Source: Hyphomicrobiales bacterium (GTDB taxonomy: Bacteria > Pseudomonadota > Alphaproteobacteria > Rhizobiales > WTKA01). From it: DNA of 52,761 nt. The notes below the pieces were generated by a model that saw nothing but the letters and a program-made list of their open reading frames with translations, searched no databases and was not told the DNA's origin. This document shows, piece after piece, positions 1 to 9,719 of the stretch (its first letter is position 1; each line of letters opens with the position of its first letter). The position numbers and the translations under genes were made by a program. Location: positions 1 to 52,761 of the forward strand of contig WTKA01000157.1 of NCBI GenBank assembly GCA_011524605.1. Reading direction: 5' to 3'.

Positions 1-103
1 CAACCTTCACGGTCGATCAATTAAAAAATGAAGCGCTTTAGTTTATTGCTTTATTTTTATATTTTCAGTAGAATTGCAGCCACCAAAATCATCAAAAAAG
101 GGT

Positions 104-718
104 CTAATCATTTTCATTTTGCATAATAGCAGCAATGATTTCATGCATTGTAGTGCTAGGATTATTTAAACTATCAAATGCTTTAGCTCTTTGTACAGCC
201 TCATCTAAAAATTGATCTTCACTTAGGAAGTGCTTTTTGAAAAAAACTCTTGGTATTTTTTTACAATTCCCCTGATAACCCAATTTACTTTTTAATAAAT
301 CTGATAAATGTTTTTGCACAGCTTTCTGATCAGAATACTTATTATAGTTCTCAAAGTGTAATATGAGCCATAACTCGAAGCAAGGAATACTATAGCCGAC
401 TTTGAATTTTAACCTTTCAGCTTTTAATATAAATTCTTTAAAAGCCTGATCTGTTATATCATCTTTATCTGATATCAACCAAAGTTCATCAATATTTTCC
501 TCTGTGCCATCATATTTTAATTTTGCTCTTGCATTCTTTAATAATTCACTAGCTTGCTTACCAATAGGAAATATTTTTATAATTTTATTTTTACTATTAG
601 CATGAGTTTTTAATGCTTCAAAATATTCTGGCTCTGTCTTTTCACCTTCGGTAAAAATATAAATTGCTTTCTTAGGATTTTTATATTCTTTTTTACGTAA
701 TTTAGATTTCCGTCCCAT
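104..718 (-). CDS. rloB: RloB-family TOPRIM-like protein (AbiLii-like)
   Basis: 204 aa; motifs IFTEGEKTEPEYF, SDKDD, SIPCFELWLILHF and C-terminal NPST typical of RloB; 12 bp downstream of the AAA ATPase. Confidence 0.88.
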   Translation of the reverse strand: MGRKSKLRKKEYKNPKKAIYIFTEGEKTEPEYFEALKTHANSKNKIIKIFPIGKQASELLKNARAKLKYDGTEENIDELWLISDKDDITDQAFKEFILKAERLKFKVGYSIPCFELWLILHFENYNKYSDQKAVQKHLSDLLKSKLGYQGNCKKIPRVFFKKHFLSEDQFLDEAVQRAKAFDSLNNPSTTMHEIIAAIMQNEND

Positions 719-730
719 ATTTTAGGCCTC

Positions 731-1957
731 TTATAACATAGGAATAGCACCATAACGGCCCTCTAAATAGCTTTTTTCAAAATTTTTTGTACGCGTTTTA
801 AAATCAATTAATGCATATAAATTTGACATATTATTGTTTTTTTCAACCAAATAAACTTGGTCTTTTCTAATATAGTTACAATTTAGAACATTTGTATCAT
901 GTAGAGTAGCCAATAACTGCGCACCTTTAGGATTTGTCTCTTTGGAATTAAACCAAGCTATAATTTGCTGAACAACAGATGTATGAATATTTTCATCAAT
1001 CTCATCTATAACAGCAATAGTACCTTTTTCTAGAGCATCTAAAATTATAGGTAATTGACCTAATAATTTCCTTGTACCGCTGCTTTCTTCGTATTCTTCA
1101 AATTTTATTAAATCTCCATTCAAGTCTTTACGCTTAAAAACAACCATTGTTATTTCGTCAAAGTTATCTTCATCAATATCAACGCCTCCACTAATCAGTG
1201 TATTTTTTAACGCTTGAAAAACAGCGCGACCTTCAGGCGGAATTTCTTTTTTTTCTAAAGCTAGTTCAACTTCACCTGCACCAAAATCACACAATCTAGT
1301 TTGCATAATCTCTTTATAATCTACAAGCAACTCTTTAGAATCGCTAAATTTGATGAGTTCTTCTAAATAGTTATATACAGGAAGCAACTGTGAAAATGTT
1401 TCATATTGTGTAGCGGTAGATAGAAACGTAGCATCTTCTCTAGTATTTTTTTCAGATAACTTTCTTTCTCCCTTTAGTGTTGTGCCAAACTTCACATACG
1501 CCTTACCATCATGAGTTTCCCTCTTAAAAAGCATCCTTTCTCTACCTTCAGGATAGCAATATAAAGCTTCATGCGTAATTTGCTCTTGGTCAAAACTCAA
1601 TTCATAGACATAGCGCACACCGTCCCCTGCGATAAAGTCAATATCAAAGCAAGATGGTTCTGTCCTATATTTTGGATCAAGCTTAAAACTAGCTGCAGGC
1701 AACTTATCGGTTAGAGGTTTTGACAATGAAGATACGGCAACATAGCAAAATCTTTTAAGTGATTTGAGAAAATTACTTTTACCTGCCGCGTTGGCACCAA
1801 AAATCATGGCGGAAGAAACAACACCATGCTTTGTATATTTAGGGCACTCCAACAAGTCGACAGCCTTACTCCCCTCATTCTTTGCAATAGCATGAAAAGA
1901 GATTTCACATTTTTCTTTGAAGCTTTTATAATTTTCAACGCTATAAGAAAGAAGCAT
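731..1957 (-). CDS. rloA: AAA_21 ABC-type ATPase (RloA/AbiLi-like)
   Basis: Walker A GANAAGKSN, signature ESSGTRKL, Walker B IAVIDEID, H-loop ATLHD, C-terminal YLEGRYGAIP. Confidence 0.88.
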   Translation of the reverse strand: MLLSYSVENYKSFKEKCEISFHAIAKNEGSKAVDLLECPKYTKHGVVSSAMIFGANAAGKSNFLKSLKRFCYVAVSSLSKPLTDKLPAASFKLDPKYRTEPSCFDIDFIAGDGVRYVYELSFDQEQITHEALYCYPEGRERMLFKRETHDGKAYVKFGTTLKGERKLSEKNTREDATFLSTATQYETFSQLLPVYNYLEELIKFSDSKELLVDYKEIMQTRLCDFGAGEVELALEKKEIPPEGRAVFQALKNTLISGGVDIDEDNFDEITMVVFKRKDLNGDLIKFEEYEESSGTRKLLGQLPIILDALEKGTIAVIDEIDENIHTSVVQQIIAWFNSKETNPKGAQLLATLHDTNVLNCNYIRKDQVYLVEKNNNMSNLYALIDFKTRTKNFEKSYLEGRYGAIPML

Positions 1958-2014
1958 TTACATCCTCTTAAAATGCTTTTTTTACACAATAAGTGTAAAT
2001 ATTGACCTAAAATA

Positions 2015-2046
2015 ACTATAAGACAGCTTTTTAGCACGGTGTCAAG
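2015..2046 (-). promoter_or_regulatory. Possible sigma70 promoter for rloA-rloB
   Basis: Minus strand reads CTTGACA followed 19 nt later by TATAGT, in the gap between herA and rloA; spacing is non-ideal. Confidence 0.3.
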
Positions 2047-2094
2047 ATATAGCGATATTATTCAAAAAATAACTTATAGAGCAAATCAAAAAAA

Positions 2095-3843
2095 TCACAT
2101 CCCAGAACTACGCGGGCCAAAAGTACGTTGCCATTCTTCTATGCCTTGAACTTTTTTATTCGTTTCTTGCGGCTGGGAATAATTCACTTGCATTTGCGTA
2201 TTTGAAATATTACGCAACCGATCTACTGCTTTTTCAATCGCTGATTTTTGCAAGGCTAAATTATCATCCTCATGCTGATTAGCCTCTGAAAACGGAATAT
2301 GGCCTTTTTTCAATGTCTCAAAGCGGAAATGCATTGGGAATGTCACCCCTTCACCAAAAACAATTGCCTCTTGTTGAGCCAAAGCACTAATAAGCTTAAC
2401 CATTGCCGTAGATGAAGCGGAAATTGCTGAGCGGATAATATCTTGGTCATGTTCATTGGCTAACCGCATGGCAAATAATGTTGAACATTGCGATAAAATT
2501 GTTGGGTTTAATTCGCTCGGCCTTTGGGTAATACAACATAAATAACAGCCATATTTCCGCCCTTCTTTCGCAATTTGCGAAATGGCTCGTTGTGTATGAT
2601 TCATGCCTGTTTTGCTAAGGGCTGGCACATATCGATGCGCTTCCTCGCACACAATTAAAATTTCAGACTCTTTATCAGACACTTGGCAAATATCAAAAGC
2701 CAAGCGACCTAAAACAGAAATTAGAGAATTGGAGACCTCTTGAGGCGCACCAGCCATTTGCAAAATTGCGATTGGCTTCTGCTCGTCGTTTAATCGGAAT
2801 ATATCACCAAGAATTTCTAAAATATTATCTTCAACACGCGAAACATTGAAGAATAAAGAATAGCGCGGATCATTAAGTACCGTTGTTAATCGCCCACGCA
2901 ATCTACGAAGATCGGGAATATCTGAGCGATTATCCAGCATACCCATAGCATCATCAATATATTTAATTATATCTAGAAACTGATAGGGCAACGGCGTATC
3001 AACAGTAATTTCGTGACTTCTTACAGTGCGCCTTATGCCACCTTTGGAGCCAAATTGTGACTTTGCATCTGGTATAGCTGATCTTAAAAATTCTATATCA
3101 AATTCGATATTTTTCTGACCTGAAAAAAGAACTTCGCAAAGCTCTTCAAAATTTAAAAGCCAGAAAGGAATATTAATATGTTGAATATCAAAAACTTCAG
3201 CACGGCTGCCAAATGCATTCGCATATTCATTATGCGGATCAAACATAACAGTACGAAGGCTGGCACGCGCATCCAATATCTTATTTAAAATTAAAGCTGT
3301 GGCGGTTGATTTACCAACCCCTGTTGAACCAACAATAGCAAAATGTCGACTAAGCAAATTTTCAAGATGAACTTCAGAAGCAATATTAGCATCTAGGCAA
3401 AGGGAGCCCAATTTTATCGTCTGCACCTCTTTTTTGCTGACAAACATTGTATTTAAATCATGTTTTGATATTTGGCTACAAGCAATACCCACCGTCGGAT
3501 ATTCTCTAATGCCTGTATCAAATCTACTATTGCCTGTTTGAGGATCTTGCCAGACCTCGCCAATCATTTGAACATGAATTTTCACACGGTTATGCCCTCC
3601 CTCACCGAGAGTATGAGAAGCAAGCTCTGTGGAGGTGATCAGCGCAACTATACGCCTTGTTTCTTTTATTAAAGATATAAACTTAGAAACACCTAAAGTA
3701 TTTAATACTGCCAGAGGAAGGTTTTCCGCTAAAACTGTCGCATTTGACCCTTCACAGAATATAACATGGCCAATCAATTTAGGTCTATCATCTGCCATTG
3801 ACGCAGATGAACCGTTATTATTCACAATCGTTGTGTTTTGCAT
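2095..3843 (-). CDS. HerA/FtsK-family ATPase (DUF87) with N-terminal HAS-barrel-like region
   Basis: Walker A GSTGVGKS, Walker B CEEAHRYVP, EGRKYG arginine-finger motif, TQRPSEL. ATG at 3843 preferred over the TTG at 3885. Confidence 0.88.
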   Translation of the reverse strand: MQNTTIVNNNGSSASMADDRPKLIGHVIFCEGSNATVLAENLPLAVLNTLGVSKFISLIKETRRIVALITSTELASHTLGEGGHNRVKIHVQMIGEVWQDPQTGNSRFDTGIREYPTVGIACSQISKHDLNTMFVSKKEVQTIKLGSLCLDANIASEVHLENLLSRHFAIVGSTGVGKSTATALILNKILDARASLRTVMFDPHNEYANAFGSRAEVFDIQHINIPFWLLNFEELCEVLFSGQKNIEFDIEFLRSAIPDAKSQFGSKGGIRRTVRSHEITVDTPLPYQFLDIIKYIDDAMGMLDNRSDIPDLRRLRGRLTTVLNDPRYSLFFNVSRVEDNILEILGDIFRLNDEQKPIAILQMAGAPQEVSNSLISVLGRLAFDICQVSDKESEILIVCEEAHRYVPALSKTGMNHTQRAISQIAKEGRKYGCYLCCITQRPSELNPTILSQCSTLFAMRLANEHDQDIIRSAISASSTAMVKLISALAQQEAIVFGEGVTFPMHFRFETLKKGHIPFSEANQHEDDNLALQKSAIEKAVDRLRNISNTQMQVNYSQPQETNKKVQGIEEWQRTFGPRSSGM

Positions 3844-4165
3844 AATATAGTGCCCTGTAAGAACAATAAAATAAGTTGCAAGCACTATAATTGAACAAGT
3901 ATTAATCCATCATTTAAAGAAAAATCTATTTCAAAAAATAGTAAATAGATTAATTTCAAGTAAGGTAGATTTTTATTATATTATTAATTTCATTAAGAGC
4001 AATATAACAAAATATCAATCAATAGTAGCGCGCAACAAATACTTTAAAATTTATATTCATTATAATTTTAATGAAAAAATATAGAGTAAAATAAATATGT
4101 TTGTTTCATATATTTAAATATAATCTCAATACCATGGTCGTTCTCGCGTTTATGAGGAGGACGAT

Positions 4166-7100
4166 ATGGCATTTTCAGACAATAACTACACGACCGCTGG
4201 TGCGTATTTAGATGGAAATAGTGTTTCTCCTATAGTAGCCTCAGATTTCACTGGGTTCTCCCAAGGGGATTTCACGCTGCAATTTCGCGTAACAGACACA
4301 GATGTGGCAAATAGCTTTTTTGGCGGCTACACACCTTATACATCTTATCTTTCATCAACAAATAGTGATGAAGGCTTTACATTTGGCTATAATGAAGCAA
4401 GCAATAATTATGAATTGCATATGCTCAATGGGACTATATTTACTTTTGACGCTAGCACGGTCAATGTTGATGCAATGCAATCCAATCATATAGCCCTAAG
4501 CTATGATGATACAGCGCAAATGATGCAATTAATTGTCGATGGCACAATATTGGGCACAACCAGTTTAGAAAACCCAATCGGGTTTTCAGGTGATGGTCAT
4601 TTATTATTTGGACAATCTATTGCTGAATTTAGTGGCACAAATACGGGCATTGCTGCGTTTGACGCTGCACCGGGTGCAATCATTTTAGAAAATATCACTG
4701 TTTTTGATAGCGTAAGAAATGAAACGCAAGCAGCGCTTGATGCTAAATTTGGTGAATCAATTAATGCTGATATGGAAAGCATGATCCACCATTGGGATAT
4801 GACGCAAGGCTCGGACAATGCCGCTATTGATAATATCTCACAGATGCCCCTTAGTCTGGATACCACGTCAATTACCGAAGGTGACACTGCTATCACGCCT
4901 GCAAATGCTGGTATTTCCTTGAATACTAGCAGTGACACAAATGCTGATATGATTATGATACAAGAATTTGATGGCTTCTCAAATTCTCCCTTCACCTTGG
5001 AAGTTGGCTTTTCATCTTCAACTCCATTAACTGATGAAAGCTTTATCAGCCTCGTTTCTTATGCGGAAGTAGATACAGATAACGCCCTGCTGATTGGCAT
5101 GAGAGATGGACAATCTTTCCAAATTTTCGCCGAAGATATCGGTTATGTAGAATTTCCCTATGACCTTAATGATTTAATGGATGGCGGGCAGCATACAATT
5201 TCAGTTGCTGTGGATCCTGCGGGACAGAATATATCTTTATTCGTCGATGGTCGGGACTTAGGCTCAAGAAGCTTTGATGGTGAGCTCACAATTGAAGGGG
5301 GCGGCACGCTTGTATTTGGTCAAGAGCAAGACTATATGGGCGGTGGATTTGATGTGGAACAGGCCTTTGAGGGTGTAATATCTGAGGGGCGTGTTTATAA
5401 TGAAATTCGAGAAGTGGATGCAATCACGCAAGATGCTTTAACGGGCACTTCAGACCTTGAGGCAGCCTCTTTAACTTCTGCATGGGATTTTGATCAACCC
5501 GTTAATGGCACTGTATCAGACTTGGTCGGCGATGCAGATGCAGCAGCGATGACAGAAGCATTAGGAACTGCACAAGCACAATTATCACTCACAGATTTTA
5601 ATCGTGGTCTAATATTAAATAATAATGATGAAAGCGGTCAATCAGCCTCTCATGAAAATTTCAATGGCTTTACAGCTGATAGCTTCACTTTTGAAATGTC
5701 TTTTGCCTCAGTCATGAATATTGGTGATGGGTTTAACGCCCTCATGTCTTATGCTGAAAATGGCTTTGACAATGCATTTACCTTAGGCACAAACCATGGC
5801 GGCACGGTGTTGCAAGTTCATGCGCGTTCTATCGGTGTTGTGGATTTTGATATCAACGCTTGGAGCTTAATGGATGGTAATGAGCATAGCATTGCTTTAA
5901 CTGTTGATAATGACACGCTTGAAATGTCTATGTATATAGATGGCTTATTGATTGATACACAGCCAATGAGCGAAGCGATGACTGTAAATGGCGGTGGTAC
6001 ATTAGTCTTCGGTCAGGAGCAAGATATTGTTGGTGGTGGATTTGATGCCGATCAAGAATTCTCCGGCGTTATTTTTGATGCCGCTCTATTTAGCGACATA
6101 AGAACAGAAGCAGAAATTGCTTCAGACAATGAAAATGGTTTAACGGGTACAGAAGATAATTTGCATTCAAAATGGGAATTTTCTGATGCCAGTGTTACTG
6201 AATCGATATCGGGAACAGAACTAAATACTGAGCTTAACCCGATCCATGCGGTTAGTATCAACTCCCTTGCTGGTGGGGTTCCGATTAACCTAGAACAATC
6301 CGATCAAAGCTTAGAGATAGAAAATTTTGATGGATTTTTAGGGGCTGAGACAACAATTGAATTGGCTTTTTCATCAAGCATGGATCTAAGTGGGTCGTTT
6401 AAACCTCTTATGTCTTATTCAGAGCCAGGCCATGACAACGCACTCACATTTGGCTTTGCTCATAATGGCACTGCGCTTCAGCTGCATATGAAAGGGCAAG
6501 ACCCTATCTCTTTTGCTGTTGACGCTAATGGTTTAATGGATGGAAATACCCATGAAATTGCTTTGACGATGAATGAAGCAACGGGCGAAGCCATGCTTTA
6601 CGTAGATGGCAGTTTAGCTGGCACCTTGAACTTTGAAGCATTAAACCTCAATGGTGATGGCATTTTAGTCTTTGGCCAAGAACAAGACAGTTTTGGTGGC
6701 GGCTATTCTGAAGATCAAATTTTCCAAGGCATGATCCATGAAGTTAGAGTATTTGACGAAGAACGCAGCCCTGAGGATGTCTTAGCGGATGCACAAAATG
6801 GTGTAGATAGTGTTTCTGAAGCCAACCTTGTCTCCCATTGGGATATGAAATTACGCAGTAATCTTGAAATAGATGACTTAGTTGGCAATCAAAATTTAAT
6901 AGCTACAAATTATGAGCCACCAGAAGATGCCTTACCTGTGTTTGGAGATATCGATTTTTCAGACATGACAGAAGGCTTAGATGCAGGGGCGATTGTAGCA
7001 ACAGTTCACGCATCAGATTCCAATTGGGATGAAATTACTTTCCAGCTTAATGATGATCATAATGGGTTATTTACAATTGATACAGCAACTGGTGTTGTTT

Positions 7101-9520
7101 CGATTTCTGAAGGTCATTCTTTAAGCGGCGTAGAGCGTACAAATTATCAAATTGAAGTTGAAGCCTTGCAAAATGGCAGCGCCGTAGGCGTCACGCAAAC
7201 TGTGGGTCTAAATATTGGTGATACTGCAACCACTGAAAATGGCACCCCAGCAGAAGCGCCTATTGATTATGAAATTCCTGTTATGGAAACAGGTATTCTT
7301 CAACTAGACCAAGATATACAACAAATCACATTAGAGCAAGAATTTGAAAATCCTGTTGTTTTCGCTTTCGTTCAAACCTCGAATGGAACAGATCCTGTTG
7401 TTGCTCGTGTACATAATGTTGTCGGCAATCGCTTTGATATCCAGCTGCAAGAACCTGACTATCTTGATAATGTCCATGGCATTGAAACTGTGAATTATAT
7501 GGTTGTTGAAGCTGGCGTTTGGATGATGCCTGATGGTTCAATTTTTGAAGCAGGAACAATTGAGAGTAATAAGCTTTCAACAGACGGCTTTGAAACGGTT
7601 GAATTCAGCGCGGCATTTGATGATCAGCCTGTTATTTTAAGTCATGCGCAAACAAAAAATGACGATGCTTTCATTGCAGTTCGTCAAAATGATGCAAGCG
7701 AAGACGGCTTTTCAATGACAATGCAAGAGCAAGAAAGCACAAATTCAACAGACCACGGCTCTGAGACATTAGGCTGGATCGCTATTGAACGAGGCAGCGG
7801 CGAAGGGTCAGACTTTGGCTGGGTTACTGGTAGTATCGAAGGTGTTACGAACAGTAATTCTAATATATATCTTTCTGGCGACCTTGAAGGCGATGTCTCT
7901 CTAGTTGCAAGCATGTCAACATATAATGGTGGCGATAGCTCATGGGCCCGTGGCGATGGCGAAAACGACTCTGTTTTCAGCGTTTCAGTACAAGAAGAAA
8001 GCAGTAAAGATACAGAGATCAACCATACAATAGAAACGATTGACTATTTTGCTTTTAATACAACAGGCGTTATTAATGGCGCTTTATATGAAGATCCTAA
8101 TGCCGCTCCTGCCCCTCAAGAAGGCAACGGCTATACCCCAATAGATAATAATAATAATAGCTATGACGAGACTATTTTTGGTAGCGAAGGCGCTGACTTA
8201 ATCTATGGCGGCTATGGCATGGATCTCATTGATGGCAATTCAGGCAATGACACATTAGTTGGCAATGAAGGCTCTGATACCTTTATCATCAATGGTGAAG
8301 CGGGCGAAAATGGCACTGATATTTATGGTGGCAACACAGATGGATCTGAAAATATTCCAATTGCAAAAACCACTGCCATCATGGAAACAGGCACTTTAGA
8401 GCTAAGCCAAGATGTGCAGCAAGTGACGCTCTCACAAACATTTGAAAATCCTGTTGTGCTTGCTTTTGTTCAAACATCAAATAGCACCCATGCCGTCGCA
8501 ACGCGCATCAGCAATGTGGAAGGCAACATATTTGATATCAAACTCCAAGAGCCAGATTATCTTGATGGCACCCATGAAATTGAAACGGTGAATTTTATGG
8601 TTGTTGAAGAGGGTATATGGGTTATGCCTGATGGCTCTATCATGGAAGCTGGAACAGTTAATACGAACCTAATTTCAACACAAGCATTCAAAAGTGTTGA
8701 TTTTGATGCAGGCTTTGACGAACAGCCAATCATTCTCACAAGCGCCCAAACAAGCAATGATGATAGCTTTATTGCAGTACGTCAGGCAAATGCGACAGAA
8801 GATGGCTTTGAAATCACAATGCAAGAGCAGGAAAGTACAAATTCAGGCAGTCATGCTGTTGAGACCTTGGGCTGGGTTGCTATTGAGCCTGGTAGTGGCA
8901 GCGGCGATGCATTCTCGTGGTTTGCAGGTCGTACATCAGATACGGTTACCCATGAAAATTCACAGATTGATCTATCCAGTGAGTTTGACACCGATATCTC
9001 CGTTGTTGCAAGTGTTTCAAGCTATGATGGTGGCGATACTTCATGGGCACGCGGCGATGGATTAGAAGATAATATCTTAAATATCTCCGTAGAGGAAGAA
9101 AGCAGTAGAGATAGCGAAGTTAACCACACAACAGAGACAATTGACTATTTCGCATTTAATGGTACTGGCGTCATCTATGGCGATCCCTATGATCCAACCC
9201 TGTCAGCAGCAGAGGCTGGTGAATCTCAGTTATGGACAGATAAAGTAGAGCTTAATATGTCAACTGATACGGACTTGCTCTATACGGTAGAAAATGTGGA
9301 TCAAGAAAATGGCTTTATTGAATTATCAAATGGCGAAGCAACGATTAGCATTCAAGCGCAAAGTTCTGAGCTGAACTATTTGATGAATGAAGATAATAGT
9401 GTTGCCTCTATCACGCTTGAAGCCAACACAGATGCGCTTCTTACAGTTGACACAGACAGCGATGGCATAGTTGATACAACCTATAACCTCTATGACATTG
9501 AGACTATTTCAATCTCGTAA
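4166..9520 (+). CDS. Giant acidic secreted adhesin-like protein: 4 LamG/pentraxin domains, cadherin-like domain, two lectin-like modules, RTX motifs
   Basis: 1784 aa, strong RBS GAGGAGG; GGTLVFGQEQDxxGGG motif three times; cadherin-like VHASDSNWDEITFQL..LFTIDTATGVVS; RTX nonapeptides GSEGADLIY/GGYGMDLID/GNSGNDTLV/GNEGSDTFI; no N-terminal signal peptide. Confidence 0.8.
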   Translation: MAFSDNNYTTAGAYLDGNSVSPIVASDFTGFSQGDFTLQFRVTDTDVANSFFGGYTPYTSYLSSTNSDEGFTFGYNEASNNYELHMLNGTIFTFDASTVNVDAMQSNHIALSYDDTAQMMQLIVDGTILGTTSLENPIGFSGDGHLLFGQSIAEFSGTNTGIAAFDAAPGAIILENITVFDSVRNETQAALDAKFGESINADMESMIHHWDMTQGSDNAAIDNISQMPLSLDTTSITEGDTAITPANAGISLNTSSDTNADMIMIQEFDGFSNSPFTLEVGFSSSTPLTDESFISLVSYAEVDTDNALLIGMRDGQSFQIFAEDIGYVEFPYDLNDLMDGGQHTISVAVDPAGQNISLFVDGRDLGSRSFDGELTIEGGGTLVFGQEQDYMGGGFDVEQAFEGVISEGRVYNEIREVDAITQDALTGTSDLEAASLTSAWDFDQPVNGTVSDLVGDADAAAMTEALGTAQAQLSLTDFNRGLILNNNDESGQSASHENFNGFTADSFTFEMSFASVMNIGDGFNALMSYAENGFDNAFTLGTNHGGTVLQVHARSIGVVDFDINAWSLMDGNEHSIALTVDNDTLEMSMYIDGLLIDTQPMSEAMTVNGGGTLVFGQEQDIVGGGFDADQEFSGVIFDAALFSDIRTEAEIASDNENGLTGTEDNLHSKWEFSDASVTESISGTELNTELNPIHAVSINSLAGGVPINLEQSDQSLEIENFDGFLGAETTIELAFSSSMDLSGSFKPLMSYSEPGHDNALTFGFAHNGTALQLHMKGQDPISFAVDANGLMDGNTHEIALTMNEATGEAMLYVDGSLAGTLNFEALNLNGDGILVFGQEQDSFGGGYSEDQIFQGMIHEVRVFDEERSPEDVLADAQNGVDSVSEANLVSHWDMKLRSNLEIDDLVGNQNLIATNYEPPEDALPVFGDIDFSDMTEGLDAGAIVATVHASDSNWDEITFQLNDDHNGLFTIDTATGVVSISEGHSLSGVERTNYQIEVEALQNGSAVGVTQTVGLNIGDTATTENGTPAEAPIDYEIPVMETGILQLDQDIQQITLEQEFENPVVFAFVQTSNGTDPVVARVHNVVGNRFDIQLQEPDYLDNVHGIETVNYMVVEAGVWMMPDGSIFEAGTIESNKLSTDGFETVEFSAAFDDQPVILSHAQTKNDDAFIAVRQNDASEDGFSMTMQEQESTNSTDHGSETLGWIAIERGSGEGSDFGWVTGSIEGVTNSNSNIYLSGDLEGDVSLVASMSTYNGGDSSWARGDGENDSVFSVSVQEESSKDTEINHTIETIDYFAFNTTGVINGALYEDPNAAPAPQEGNGYTPIDNNNNSYDETIFGSEGADLIYGGYGMDLIDGNSGNDTLVGNEGSDTFIINGEAGENGTDIYGGNTDGSENIPIAKTTAIMETGTLELSQDVQQVTLSQTFENPVVLAFVQTSNSTHAVATRISNVEGNIFDIKLQEPDYLDGTHEIETVNFMVVEEGIWVMPDGSIMEAGTVNTNLISTQAFKSVDFDAGFDEQPIILTSAQTSNDDSFIAVRQANATEDGFEITMQEQESTNSGSHAVETLGWVAIEPGSGSGDAFSWFAGRTSDTVTHENSQIDLSSEFDTDISVVASVSSYDGGDTSWARGDGLEDNILNISVEEESSRDSEVNHTTETIDYFAFNGTGVIYGDPYDPTLSAAEAGESQLWTDKVELNMSTDTDLLYTVENVDQENGFIELSNGEATISIQAQSSELNYLMNEDNSVASITLEANTDALLTVDTDSDGIVDTTYNLYDIETISIS
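7283..9160 (+). repeat. Intragenic duplication of a ~260-aa module (7283-8059 and 8381-9160)
   Basis: Both copies run METG..L.QD.QQ.TL.Q.FENPVV.AFVQTSN through ETIDYFAFN with collinear similarity. Confidence 0.9.
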
Positions 9521-9538
9521 GTTATTTTACTATGCAAA

Positions 9539-9709
9539 ATACTTTTTCCCGGAATTTCGTTAGAAATATCCGGGATCGCTACCGTCTTTTTTTCTGATGC
9601 TCTTCAGCTTATCAATGCTCGTTTCACTCCGCTTGGCCTCATCGCGTGCCTAGAATAAGCTAATTATAAAAAATGCAAAATACCCCGCATCAAGTGCGGG
9701 GAAAAGTAT
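9539..9709. repeat. REP/MITE-like palindromic element (~170 bp)
   Basis: Ends ATACTTTTTCCC / GGGGAAAAGTAT are near-complementary; internal hairpins TCCCGGA..TCCGGGA (9547-9575), AGCTTAT/ATAAGCT (9606-9661), CCCCGCA-TCAAG-TGCGGGG (9683-9701). Confidence 0.6.
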
Positions 9710-9719
9710 ATGGTTAGTT

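Noticed and set aside
1-60. 3' end of an upstream plus-strand gene
   Set aside because: All three frames stop within 45 bp; the frame and product cannot be determined.
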